Assembly: GCF_006345805.1 (NCBI RefSeq)
Contig: NW_021832396.1
Location: 1-64,000, forward strand
Direction of reading: 5' to 3'
Length of the DNA: 64,000 nt
Source of the DNA: Octopus sinensis
Lineage: Eukaryota
The position numbers and the translations under genes are program-made. This document shows positions 1 to 13,020 of the stretch, in pieces (position 1 is the first letter of the stretch; every line of letters starts with the position of its first letter). A model generated the notes under the pieces. The model was not told where the DNA came from. It did not search any database and saw nothing but the letters and a program-made list of their open reading frames with translations.

Positions 1-26
1 AAATCTCCCAGCTCACAACCTCAATG

Positions 27-69
<43 letters not shown>

Positions 70-81
70 TAACAATAATAA

Positions 82-637
82 ATGCCCTGATGCAGTACCA
101 GGCAGTGGCTCTCATGGCTGCTAATCTTAACTGATTGGAAGTGTTATCATGTACATTGTTTTGTCTTGGTATAAAAGATGGGCTACAGCAAATATTCTGC
201 TCAATACCACAGATTTGCTTGTCAGTTGTTTGACCTTAACCAGTTGAGCGTGTCCCTTAGTGGCTGACGATATGTGCATCTCTGATCACGAGCAGAAGTA
301 GTGGGGGAGCATCATAGCCATGTGTTGAGAGGGATTCTTTGGGGTTTGAATAGTTCACCTCTGGAAACATGGGTGGTTCTTTCAACATCCTTAAACAACC
401 CTTATTCAGGGACCTTTTAAGCGGGATGGGCTACTCGACCTGAAGAAAATTCTAACTGGGCCCCACCTGCAAGGTCATGTGCTGTTTATCTTGATATGAT
501 ATCACCATGTCGTGTTCATATGGTTGTGATCCATGTGCCTAGTGTACCCTTATCAGATGGGTAGTCATGATGGGTATACTGGGCTTCGTATATTTTACCC
601 CAGTGTCACTTTGATGGCATGAACTGCTCTCTCACTC

Positions 638-638
<1 letters not shown>
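82..638. mobile_element. ~560-bp non-coding insert flanked on both sides by (AAT)n; unclassified interspersed repeat candidate
   Basis: Complex sequence with no ORF, bracketed by (AAT)n at 27-81 and 639-670. Confidence 0.45.
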
Positions 639-669
<31 letters not shown>

Positions 670-774
670 CAACAACCTCAGTGCAAATTTTTTATAATAC
701 TTCAGCAATTTCAAAGTTTGTATCACATAGCATTGCTGTCCATATACAGGCATCATACAATGTGACTTTCACTC

Positions 775-870
775 TGAGAGAACACAACCCATCGCCTGGT
801 ACAGGAATCGAAACCACAATATTACGATCACGAGTCCAACACCCTAACCATTAAGCCACGTGCCTCCACC
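775..870 (-). mobile_element. tRNA-derived SINE head fragment
   Basis: Reverse strand reads GTGGAGGCACGTGGCTTAATGGTTAGGGTG...GGTTTCGATTCC (A-box- and B-box-like motifs). Confidence 0.6.
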
Positions 871-1285
871 TAGTGCTATATAACCCTTCTAAATAATCGC
901 CTCATCTGTTGACCTTACATTTTTGTGTTAGAAAGAAGAAATTTAATCCCCGTTGCTAATGCAACATAACCTTTCTAAATGATGGATTAATCTGAAGGGG
1001 AACATCTAATCATTTAGACACAATAATCTGGGATATTGGTGTGTGTGTTGATCCTTTTCTTACCATATTTCTGCTGAAATGCATTGCCTTTGTTTCAATA
1101 AATTTTGGAAATGATAAAGAATTTAACCTTATCATTACTAAACTATTGTTTGGAACATAAGGAAGGTTTTCTTTGGATCTCTTCAAAATTGAGGATTTGT
1201 ACACTAGAAACAAAAGCAATTTTAAGCAGGATGGTATGAAAAGGGTTCAACCTGGCTGATGTTACTATTTTTTTAAAATTAAAAA

Positions 1286-1556
1286 TAAAAAGTATATGAC
1301 GTATATTTGCCATTTAAATATGGCTAACCCCTAAGGGTGGATGCTACTGTAGCTTGTAGCCCCAGGAGGACACCTCCTCCAGCTGGCTATAGACACACTG
1401 GCTACAGCTGGAGGAGGTGTTCTCCTGGGGCTACAAACTACAGTAGCATCCACCCTTAGGGGTTAGTCATATTTAAACGGCAAATATACGTCACGATGTG
1501 TTGTAGCTACCGTTTATAACTCGCTCTGAGATTTATTATTGATTAAAAAGTATATG
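1286..1556. mobile_element. Fold-back insertion (89-bp arms at 1297-1385 and 1405-1493) with a 13-bp target-site duplication
   Basis: TAAAAAGTATATG occurs at 1286-1298 and 1544-1556. The arms match at 85/89 positions. The paralogous introns at 30.7 and 32.0 kb lack the insert. Confidence 0.8.
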
Positions 1557-1590
1557 TTTTACTGTTCATCTTTTGCCGGTGAAGAAACAG

Positions 1591-1778
1591 AAATGACAAC
1601 AAAAGATGCTGAAACTAATGGATCAGGAGACAGCTTACCAACCTATGCCTATGTCTTAATTTTCATATCTGTATTTGTAGCCATCGTTATCATAGTCTTC
1701 GTTGTCATATTCAAAAGCAAGTCTTGCATTAAGGTCAAAACTTCTATCACCAAGTACATATCTTGTAAGAAAGGCTAG
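1591..1778 (+). CDS. Orphan terminal exon: stalk + TM helix + short basic tail (xMTTKDAETNGSGDSLPTYAYVLIFISVFVAIVIIVFVVIFKSKSCIKVKTSITKYISCKKG*); end of an upstream paralog of the Ig-like receptor
   Basis: Contains a ~22-residue hydrophobic run. The exon and its upstream intron are homologous to the TM exons at 29.45, 30.74 and 32.07 kb. The homologous acceptor reads CG (1577-78), and an in-phase CAG lies at 1588-90. Confidence 0.6.
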
Positions 1779-1959
1779 GAATGATATTGGCCAACCTTAC
1801 TACTGACTTTCACTGATCCGGGTAGAATAGTTGGTTTTTGCATAAACTACCTCCATATTTTATGTAACATCATCATCATCGTTGGTTTGGCACCACCTTT
1901 TCCAAAACTCTGCTCCATCTTACTCCTGCTTGTCCAATACAAGCATGGAAAAGTGGACG

Positions 1960-2170
1960 TTAGAATGTTGTTGTTGATGATGAAGACGATGATATGCGAT
2001 TGATGATGATTGATGGTGATGACTTATGATTGATGATGATGATGATTGATGGTGTTGACTGATGGTTGATGATTGATGATGAGGATTGGTGATGAGTGAT
2101 GATGATGATGATTGATGATGAGGATTGGTAATGAGTGATGATGATGATGATGCGATTGATGATGACTTCT
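1960..2170. repeat. (GAT)n-rich microsatellite
   Basis: Degenerate GAT/GATT repeats. Confidence 0.9.
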
Positions 2171-3141
2171 ACTGAAACATTGTGCTTTTGTTTCAATCAT
2201 TTTTGAAACTGGTGAAGAATTTCGTAAAATAGCTTTGCCATTATCAATCTGGTGTTTGGAACATAAATTAACATACGCTAAACATAAATTAACATATACT
2301 AAACATAAATTAAGAGGAAATTTTGAATGGAAGGTTTTAATTTCGATTACTTTAACCCTTTTGTTACCATAATTCTTGTCCTTCACAGGTGCCAGTGCCA
2401 AGTAAAATGCACTAATGCTGGTGCTTTGCAAACGCATTCATGCCAGTGGCACGTGAAAAGCACACAGCATATTCTGTAGAGTGTTGGTGCTAGGAAAAGG
2501 CGGCGAGCTGGCAGAATTGGTAGCACGCTGGACGAAATGCTTAGCAGTATTTCATCTGCCTTAAATTTCGAGACCTCTACCGTAACAAATGCTTGTGTGT
2601 GTTACCAAGAAATTTATAGAGAGTGAAAAGAAAAAGGGAATTCTAAGCAAACAATTCTAGACTTGTGTTTTAAAAAGAATTCTACAAGTCCGTCTACGAG
2701 TGCTTGTGAATCGGTGATCACATTTTCAAGTGATGGTGTGCGTGAGTCTAATGCGAGTGGCAGTGATTCAGAAAACAATTCTAATAATAATACTTCTTAT
2801 TATAAATGATCTCAACATTCTTTTTACTTTAAATAAAATATTCTTTACATTCTGCTGTTGTTTTATTGTCATTTATTTTCGAGTATTACAAATTTTATGG
2901 ATAAAATATTTTTCTGGGAACGAATTACGACTTACAACATTGCTATTATGGGAAATTATGGCTCCGTTTTGCGAGCAATTAACTTGTATATCGAGGCATT
3001 ACTGTATATACCTCCCTACCTCCCTACATTCATACATACATACATAATACTTACATACATAATACATACATGCATACACACAGACATATATATACACACA
3101 CACACACAACATATGCCACGCATCCTCTTCCAAGTGAGTTT

Positions 3142-3183
<42 letters not shown>

Positions 3184-3410
3184 AATGTATGTATGTATGC
3201 GTATATATATATACATACATATATATATATACATCTACAAGAGATCTGGGTTCAAGTCCCATGGCTAGTTGTTGACAAATTTTTAAATGGCGGTGCCCCA
3301 GCATGGCCACAGCATGGCCACAGCGCATGAGCTGAAATTAGATGGAATGAAATGGAAAAAATATATATATAAATATGTATATATATATATATACATATAT
3401 ATGTATGTAT

Positions 3411-3910
3411 AAATCCTTAAATCCTTAAAAATGTTTTAGCCCGAAGGCCGCGGCCATGCTGGGGCACCACCGCTGAATGAGCTACACTAATTTGCGAATC
3501 CACCTCTGATACGTGGCACTTGATCAACAAGGGAGTTTGACGCTGCTGCCCGCATCCGCATCTGCTGTCGTGAGGTAGGTTCATCTGGGACTCCCAACAA
3601 GAAGAGATCCAGTTTAGTTTTAAAGAAACCCACATCCACACCATGTAAGTCTCTCAGGCATTTAGGGATGATGTTAAAGAGCTGTTGTCCTCTGAACACC
3701 AAGCTGTTGCTGTAACTGGACCTGTATTTTGATGGTGATGTTGGAATCCTTGGCACCATGCAGTGACGCCCCGTTCTGCGGTTGGGGTGACTTTGAATGC
3801 CAAAGTTTGGTACAAGACCCACCAGGATTTTCCAGATGTATATCACCGCATATCTCTCCCGCCTCCGCTCTAGGGAGAAGAGGTTTGATACCTTCAGTCT
3901 TTCCCAGAAG
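3411..3910 (-). mobile_element. 3' end of a CR1/L2-group LINE (ORF2 C-terminus, 3' UTR stem-loop, (TAAGGATT)-like tail)
   Basis: SLERRRE..IYIWKILVGLVPN...FNIIPKCLRDL...FKTKLDLFL..VPDEP matches the post-RT region of CR1/L2-type ORF2. Confidence 0.75.
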
Positions 3911-3946
3911 CTGATATAAATATATATAGGAGGGAATCGACCATCT

Positions 3947-4252
3947 TTGGTTTCAAGACAAAAGGCGTTCTTCCATCAGGATAATGTTCAATCACATACA
4001 GTGATGACATTCGAAAAGCTGGAGCAGTTTGAATGGGGACCGATGCCCCACCCACCGTTTTCGTTAGACATTACCCCATCTGATTGTCATTTATTCTGCA
4101 GTCTTCAAAATCATTTGGACACAAGAAATATGAATTCTGTAGATGAGATCAGAACAGCACTGGAGGAGAATCTTTCATCACAGATACATGACTATTGGAA
4201 GAGGAGTCTTGTAAGTCAACCAGATAAGATGGAAGAGCATCGTAGAAAATGA
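3947..4252 (+). pseudogene. Mariner transposase C-terminal fragment
   Basis: HQDNVQSH and HPPFSLDITPSDCHLFCSLQNHL are degenerate forms of the mariner HDNARPH and HPPYSPDLAPSDY motifs. Confidence 0.85.
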
Positions 4253-4799
4253 AGGAGATTATAGTTTAGATTTTGAAAAATAAATAAAAAAAACCCGCAT
4301 TATTTATGGAATGACACAGAATATGCGTTAATCCTTCACTCACCGATTTACGTGTCTGTCCGACTGTTTGTCTGTCTGTCTCTCTCCATCTCCGTCTCTC
4401 ACCCTCTGCACATTTATGCTGGCATCATATTTGGTCTCAAGGGAGGCTACTCACAAATATATTGTGCGGGAGTTATCTCCCTTGAACAATGCATCTAAAT
4501 CGCTCGACTGCCATTTTCTGATATCAATTATAGGTGGTTTATATATAAGAGTTCTCTCCCTTGACACCATTTACCCACAAAATAGATTTTATCGTCCGTC
4601 GTTTACTAGTTTCAATTCTTGGTCAACGACCATGCTGGAGCAACACATCAGTGTGTTTACTCTCACTCATCGACGGCTGGGCTTATCTCTCCTTAGACGG
4701 CTACTCATTCCTTCGTTCTCCTTTTGTCGAATTGCTAAGTTACGATGACGAAAACAGCCAAAACCGAAAATGAAGCGTTGACTTGGGAGATACGGAAGA

Positions 4800-5116
4800 A
4801 TATGTGTGTGTGTGTGTGTGTGTGTTTGAACCTTTGTGTGTGCGTGTGTGTGTGTGTGTGTGCATGCGTGTGTGTGTGTGTGTGTGTTTGTGCGTGCGTG
4901 TGTGTATGCGTGTGTGTGTGTGCGTGTTTGTGTGTGCGTGCGTGTGCGTGTGCGTGTCTGCGTGTGTGTGTGGCTGTGTGTGCATGTGTGTGTGTGCGAT
5001 CGTGTGTGTGTTGCATACTGTGTGTTGCGTGTGTGTGTGCGTGCGTGTGTGTTTGTGTGTGTGCGTGTGTGTGTGTGCGTGTGTGTAGTTTGCGTGTGTG
5101 TGTGTGCGTGTGTGTT

Positions 5117-5158
<42 letters not shown>

Positions 5159-5472
5159 CACATATATACATATATATCTATATCATGTATATATATATAT
5201 ATGTATGTATAATATGTATATATATATATATTATACATATATATATATAACATACATTATATATATATGTAATATATATATACATACATATGGAGAATAC
5301 GTTAAACGACGATGATGATGAGATGATGATATACATACATACATATATACATACATGTATATATATCTATGTATGCATATATGTTATATATATATATATA
5401 TTATAATATATATATATATACATATATATAGTATATATAATATATAGATATATATATATACATATATATATG

Positions 5473-5524
<52 letters not shown>

Positions 5525-5543
5525 ATATATATACATATATATG

Positions 5544-5577
<34 letters not shown>

Positions 5578-5890
5578 CATCTATATATATATATATATAC
5601 ATATTATATATATTATATATATATACATATATATATATACATATATATATACATATAATATATACATATATACATACATTATATATATATGTATATATAT
5701 ATATATATGTACATATATATATATATTTCTTTACTACCCACAAGGGGCTAAACACAGAGGGGACAAACAAGGACAGACAAAGGGGTTAAGTCGATTACAT
5801 CGATTACATCGACCCCAGTGCGTAACCGGTACTTAATTTATCGACCCCGAAAGGATGAAAGGCAAAGTCCACCTTGGCGGAATACATACA

Positions 5891-5921
<31 letters not shown>

Positions 5922-5937
5922 TTATGTATATATATGT

Positions 5938-5974
<37 letters not shown>

Positions 5975-6247
5975 GTATATATATGTGTATATATATATAT
6001 ATAATATATAATATATATATAGATGTATAATATACATATACATACATACATGTATATATATGTATTATGTATATATGTATGTATATATATATATATATTA
6101 TATATATATAAATATATACATACATATATATATATGTATATATATATATATGTATATGTATATATATATATTATATATATATATATATATGTTATATATA
6201 TACATATATACATACATACATGTATATATATGTATGTATGTATTATG

Positions 6248-6281
<34 letters not shown>

Positions 6282-6304
6282 TATATACATACATTATATA
6301 TAAT

Positions 6305-6335
<31 letters not shown>

Positions 6336-6487
6336 TTATATACATATATACATACATACATATATACATACATATATATGTATGTATATATGTATATATA
6401 TGTATATATATGTGTATGTATATATGTATATATATATATATTTTGTATATATATATGTATATATATATATTTATGTATATATATATG

Positions 6488-6545
<58 letters not shown>

Positions 6546-6566
6546 TGTATATATATATATACACAT
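4800..6566. repeat. Compound (GT)n/(AT)n/(ATAC)n microsatellite block with an embedded SINE fragment at ~5726-5880
   Basis: Direct inspection. All ORFs here are dipeptide artefacts. Confidence 0.95.
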
Positions 6567-6567
6567 G

Positions 6568-6742
6568 GTAAACGATCAAGCACACTCAAGCCAAGTGAGC
6601 ACTCAACTTGTTTTATTGCCAAAAGACTTGCAAGGCACCAGGGGCATCAAGGGACAGATTCGCACCCAGAGAACATGCTTAACGCTTTATTTTACTGAAC
6701 CTCCATTTGTCGTTCACCACAAGATATCATCCTGTATGTATG

Positions 6743-6745
<3 letters not shown>
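6568..6745 (+). mobile_element. 5'-truncated RTE LINE 3' end inside (TA)n, inverted relative to the copy at 6830-7600
   Basis: Close reverse-complement match to 6830-6985. Confidence 0.7.
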
Positions 6746-6826
<81 letters not shown>

Positions 6827-6829
6827 TAT

Positions 6830-7600
6830 TTATACATACAGGATGATATCTTGTGGTGAACGACAAATGGAGGTTCAGTAAAATAAAGCGTTAAGCATGT
6901 TCTCTGGGCGCGAATGTGTCCCTTGATGCCCCCTGGTGCCTTGCAAGTCTTTTGGCAAATAAAACAAGTTTTGTGCTCACTTTGTTTCTGTGCTTCTGGA
7001 TCATTTACTGTGTGTTTTCTCGAGTGGACAATAAAGCCTGCTTTGCTTCGTGCCATAAGACCACACTGACGCTAAGATTTCTATTTAGAGGAACGGTGTT
7101 TTGCCAGCGTACCTTCATGCTTGCACGAAGTTGTTCCCGGTGTTGCAGTCGATTTTTCTGAAACCTTAGAAGAAGCAGGACTAGTGCTAGGTCCTTGCGA
7201 TCTGGTGGTTTGTTTTTCCAGGAAGAAGAAAAGGGAACATTGCATCGTTTCAGATTGTCTTTTAGTTTGTCTTTGAAACGCAGGAATGGCCTTCCAACTG
7301 ACCTTCATGACAGGAATTGGCCCCAGAGAAGTTGCTTCGGAATACTTGAGAGATGACCATACTATCTAACCTGTATTTTGATGAGGATGACTTTAATACC
7401 TGATATGTTGCATTCTGATCGTACCTCACTGTTAGGAATATGGTCGCTCGGTTTTATGTTGGAGGTAGTACGCACGCATCGCATATGAAAAGCGTCAAGT
7501 TGGTTGATGTGCTTTTGGTACAAAGTCCAAGATTCATTACCATAAAGCAATGTTGTCAAAACCAACGACCTACATTAACTTTCACCTTTTACGATACCTT
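6830..7600 (-). mobile_element. RTE-clade LINE 3' fragment (decayed RT C-terminus + 3' UTR)
   Basis: VLTTLLYGNESWTLY..HINQLDAFHMRC, ..GRPFLRFKDKLKDNLKR are characteristic RTE post-RT motifs. Confidence 0.85.
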
Positions 7601-8724
7601 GTGGTTGTTACATAGATTGTGATTTCCCGATTGTGGAATCGATTTATTGATCCATTTTCGCATTATTGGACACGGTGGATCGAAGACGAGTGAAAGGGGA
7701 AACAGTTTTTAATGTTTTTCCCTCAAAATATACAGAAGCTCAGTTTTCTTGATATTGACGGAAAGACCAAAAGTCTTGGATGCATCGCAGAGACACAAAG
7801 TGACAAAGAGAGGGAGACGTACACACACACACACATACACATACACACACACATTACCACTCCGTCTGCGCACACATGTCAACACATACACACACGCACA
7901 TACAGAGCCACACACACTTTCAAACTCCTTCTGACTACCTATTGATCCGTCCATCTACGCACACATGCAAACACACACGCACGCACGGCTACACCCACCC
8001 ACTGTAGCTGCTGACTTCTCAGAGCCACATTAAAACACACACACAGATACTATCACACACAAACACACACACATATAAAGTTAGAGAGAGAGAAGAGAGA
8101 AGAGAAAGAGAGAGGAGAAAGAGAGAGAGAGGGAGAGAGAGAGAGTAAAGTTTATTTACTAACATAATGTGGCAGTACTACTTTTTAAAACCACGTCCGG
8201 TTAAAAAGTCACGTACGCCAAAATCACACTGCCTTCGTTTACAAAACCAGAGGGCGGTGTTCTAATTCGCGTTCTGTGGACGAGAAATTATCTAAGCATA
8301 ATTTTTCCCATTTGTAACAATATAACATCGATTTCTTTGTCTGGCGTAATGGCATATTTTTCCAAATACGCCAGCTACGCTAATTTGAACTGTCTAAAGT
8401 CGAAAGACACCCGTTGTTTTTGTCCTGTTATTATTATTATTATTATTATTGTGTTTTTTGTATTTATATTCGTGTGGCATCGTCCGTTTTTGTGTCCCTG
8501 TTTCGTATCAATTCGATCCTTTTTCAAAGAAATCTAATGCTCGTAGCTTAGTTATTCCATGGGGCTGGCCGGATCGGAGCGATCTCAAGATTAATCAGCC
8601 GAAATTGCGAGGATGATCCGGTTCTTGACTGAAGATTGAAGACTTCGAATGTCCCGTCCGTGTTTTTTGTATCGTCTATCTGGATGTTTTGTGTTCTTGT
8701 ACCAGTTTGTATTTATATATATAT

Positions 8725-8831
<107 letters not shown>

Positions 8832-8846
8832 ACATATATATGTATA

Positions 8847-8904
<58 letters not shown>

Positions 8905-9019
8905 TATGCATATACATACATACATACATACACACACACATACATACATACACACATACATACATACATACATACACACACATATATGTGTGTGTGTGTA
9001 TGTATGTATGTATGTATGT

Positions 9020-9500
9020 ATTTGACTGCGGCCATGCTGGAGCACTGCCTTTAGTCGAGCAAATCGACTAAAGTACTAGGTTTACAAATTCTAGTACTTA
9101 TTCTATCGGTCTCTTTTGCCAAACCGCTACGTGACGGGGATGTAAACACACCAGCATCGGTTGACAAGCAATGTGGGAGAACACACAAACATATACACAC
9201 ACACATACATACATACACACACATACATACATACATACATACACACACATATATGTGTGTGTGTGTATGTATGTATGTATGTATTTGACTGCGGCCATGC
9301 TGGAGCACTGCCTTTAGTCGAGCAAATCGACTAAAGTACTAGGTTTACAAATTCTAGTACTTATTCTATCGGTCTCTTTTGCCAAACCGCTACGTGACGG
9401 GGATGTAAACACACCAGCATCGGTTGACAAGCAATGTTGGGAGAACACACAAACATATACACACACACACATACATACATACATACATACATACATCATA
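9020..9500 (-). repeat. Tandem duplication (period 263 bp) of a CORE-type SINE 3' half plus (CATA)n
   Basis: TTTGACTGCGGCCATGCTGGAGCAC starts at 9021 and 9284 with near-identical bodies. Confidence 0.85.
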
Positions 9501-9692
9501 CATACATACATACATATATATAAAGATGAGAATGTGTGTCTGTCTGTGTGTCTGTGTGTCTGTGTGAAACCTTAAATCTTGAGAAGTACACAACCAATTT
9601 CATTTAAATTTTACGCATGCCTTATTTAGGGTCCACGTAATGTCATAGGCCAAAGAAATTTCAAACTTCTTGCCTTGTACATACATAGATAG

Positions 9693-9759
<67 letters not shown>

Positions 9760-10220
9760 TGCACAAATGTATATATATATATATAGATATATATATATAT
9801 AGAGAGAGAGAGAGAGGAAAGAGAGGGAAAGATATGCATGTACATATATAGATGTATCTGTATACATGTATATGTATAGATGTCTGTCTGTGTGTCAGTG
9901 TGAACCCCCAAAACTTGAGAACTACACAACCAATTTCATTCAAATTTTACACATACATTATTGAGGGTCCATGTAGTGTCATAGTCCCAAAAAATTTAAA
10001 ACTTCTTGCCTTGTGCGAGCCCAGAGCAATATCATATCTCCTTCACTATTTCAGTATTACGTGTTAAAAGTGAAACAATGACATCTCTCTATTGTAATGT
10101 CAGATATTTTCAATTTAATACTGAAACTATTAAAGTGAAACTATTATCTCATATATATATTTAGGTATACATACATACATACATATATACACACATATAA
10201 TATATATATTATGCATATAT

Positions 10221-10272
<52 letters not shown>

Positions 10273-10474
10273 TGCAATATGTATATATATATAGCTGTGT
10301 ATATATACATGTATATATATATATAGATGTATATATATACGTGTATATATATAGAGAGTATCTGTATACATGTTTATGTATAGCTGTATATGTATAGATG
10401 TATATATATAGATATAGATGTAGATGTATACATGTATATGTGTAGATGTATATATATATATCTATATCTATCTA

Positions 10475-10505
<31 letters not shown>

Positions 10506-10522
10506 ATATCTATATCTATCTA

Positions 10523-10909
<387 letters not shown>

Positions 10910-10936
10910 GTATATGTATATATATGTATATGTATA

Positions 10937-10990
<54 letters not shown>

Positions 10991-11384
10991 CATATATATA
11001 TATGCATACGCCTTATATACGCCCATGCACACACACATACACACAGACAGACCAACCAAACCCTTTTGGGTGGATTTTGTAGACAGAAACTGAAAGAAAT
11101 CAATCGTATATATGTATATATATGTAAGTGTACGTGTGTCTTTGTCTCTGTGTTTCCCCCTCGTCACTGCTTCACAACTGCTGTTCGTTTATTTACACCC
11201 CCATAACTTACTGGTTTCACAAGAAGAAACTGATAGAATAAGTACCAGGCTTATCAAAATAAAAAATCACTTGCCAGTGTCTCACATTTTTCTTTGCCCA
11301 CTCAGTTGTGTCTATCAATCTATCTTTTGTGTCTATCTGTGTGTAAATATATATATATATATATATATATCATTTTCTCTTTTT

Positions 11385-11755
11385 TACTTGTTTCAGTCAT
11401 TTTGACTGTGGCCATGCTGGAGCACCGCCTTTAATCGAGCAACTTGACCCTGGGACTTACTCATTGTAAGCCCAGTACTTATTCTCTTGGGTTCCTTTTG
11501 CCGAACCGCTAAGTTACGGGGACATAAACACACCAGCATCGGTTGTCAAGCAATGCTAGGGGGACAAACACAGACACACAAACACACACACGCATATATA
11601 TATATGTATATATATATGATGGGCTTCTTTTAGTTTCCATCAACCAAATCCACTCACAAGGCTAGAAGACACTTGCCCAGTGTGCCACGCAGTGGGACTG
11701 AACCCGGAACCATGTGGTTGGTAAACAAGCTACTTACCACACAGCCACTCCTGCG
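11385..11755 (-). mobile_element. Near full-length tRNA-head CORE-type SINE (other copies at ~52015-52405 -, ~53150-53455 +, ~55335-55738 -; decayed copies at ~24.4-24.7 and ~28.5-28.8 kb)
   Basis: Minus strand: GGAGTGGCTGTGTGGTAAG...GGTTCAGTCCC (A/B boxes), GGCAAGTGTCTT core, and tail CAGTCAAAATGACTGAAACAAGTAAAA. Confidence 0.85.
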
Positions 11756-11879
11756 CCTATATATATATATATGTTGGCCTGCTCGCTTAGCCAGCAGGGT
11801 GGCGTCATTTGAAGGCTAAAACAATGCGAAGCGCATTGTGACCAGCGATTTGTAGCAACATCTGATATCCTGGTCGGTC

Positions 11880-11911
<32 letters not shown>

Positions 11912-12099
11912 ATATGTTACGCCACACGTATATGTATATATATATATATACTTATATATATATATATATATATATATGTAGTTAATCCAAACAAGAAGGC
12001 ACAAAAAAACACAACAACGCGAGGACGTGGAACAAATATAGTATTATTGGACGCTCAGGAAAGAAGGGAAGAAGGAGGGTTTAACGTTTCGAGGAGGAA

Positions 12100-12194
12100 T
12101 GTGTGTGTAAGTGTGGATATGTGCGTGTGCGGAGGTGTGCGTGTGTGTGTATGTGTATGTGTATGTGTGCAATGATGACACGTGTGTGTGTGTG

Positions 12195-12227
<33 letters not shown>

Positions 12228-12559
12228 GTGGTTGTGGATGTAGGGCTAGTAGTAGGGCTAGTAGTGTGAAGGTCGAGGAAGAAGGAGTGGTACCTTTTGT
12301 CTCTACCACAGGTCAGTTCTGCTACTTTGAAGTATGTGTGTGTGTGCGTGTATGTATATGTATCGTGTGTGTGTTTTTTTGTAGTGTGTATGTATGTGTG
12401 TGTATGCGTAGAGTTTGGGTGTGTGGCGAATAACTGTGCTTTACTTAGTGTATGTGTAGGTGTGTGATTGTACGTGCGTATGTGTGTATACATATATGTA
12501 TAATTGTGTGCCGTGTGTATGGGATGTATGTGTGGGTTCATTTGTGTGTGTGTGTGTGC

Positions 12560-12649
<90 letters not shown>

Positions 12650-13020
12650 GTGTGTGTGTGCGTGCGTGTCGTATGTGTGTGTACGTGTGCGTTTGTATGT
12701 GTGTGTGCGTAAGCATATATGGGTGTATATACGTGTATCCGTGGGGTTGTGAGTCTTGGGTGTGTGCATTCGTGTGCGTGTGTGCGCATGTTTATGTGTG
12801 TGTGTCTGTGTGTGTGTGTGTGTCTGTGTCTATATGTGTATACGTAAGTGTATGTGTGTGTACACGTGTAGGCATATATTGTGTGTATGTATATGTATCG
12901 GTGTGTATGTGAATTTGTGTATGCGTGTGTGTGGGTGGGTTTTAGGAGTTGTGTGGGCGTAATGTGCGTGCGTGTGCTTGTGTGTGTGTGTGTGCTTATA
13001 TATATACATGTGCGTGTATG
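12100..13020. repeat. (GT)n/(GTATGT)n microsatellite block
   Basis: Direct inspection. Confidence 0.95.
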
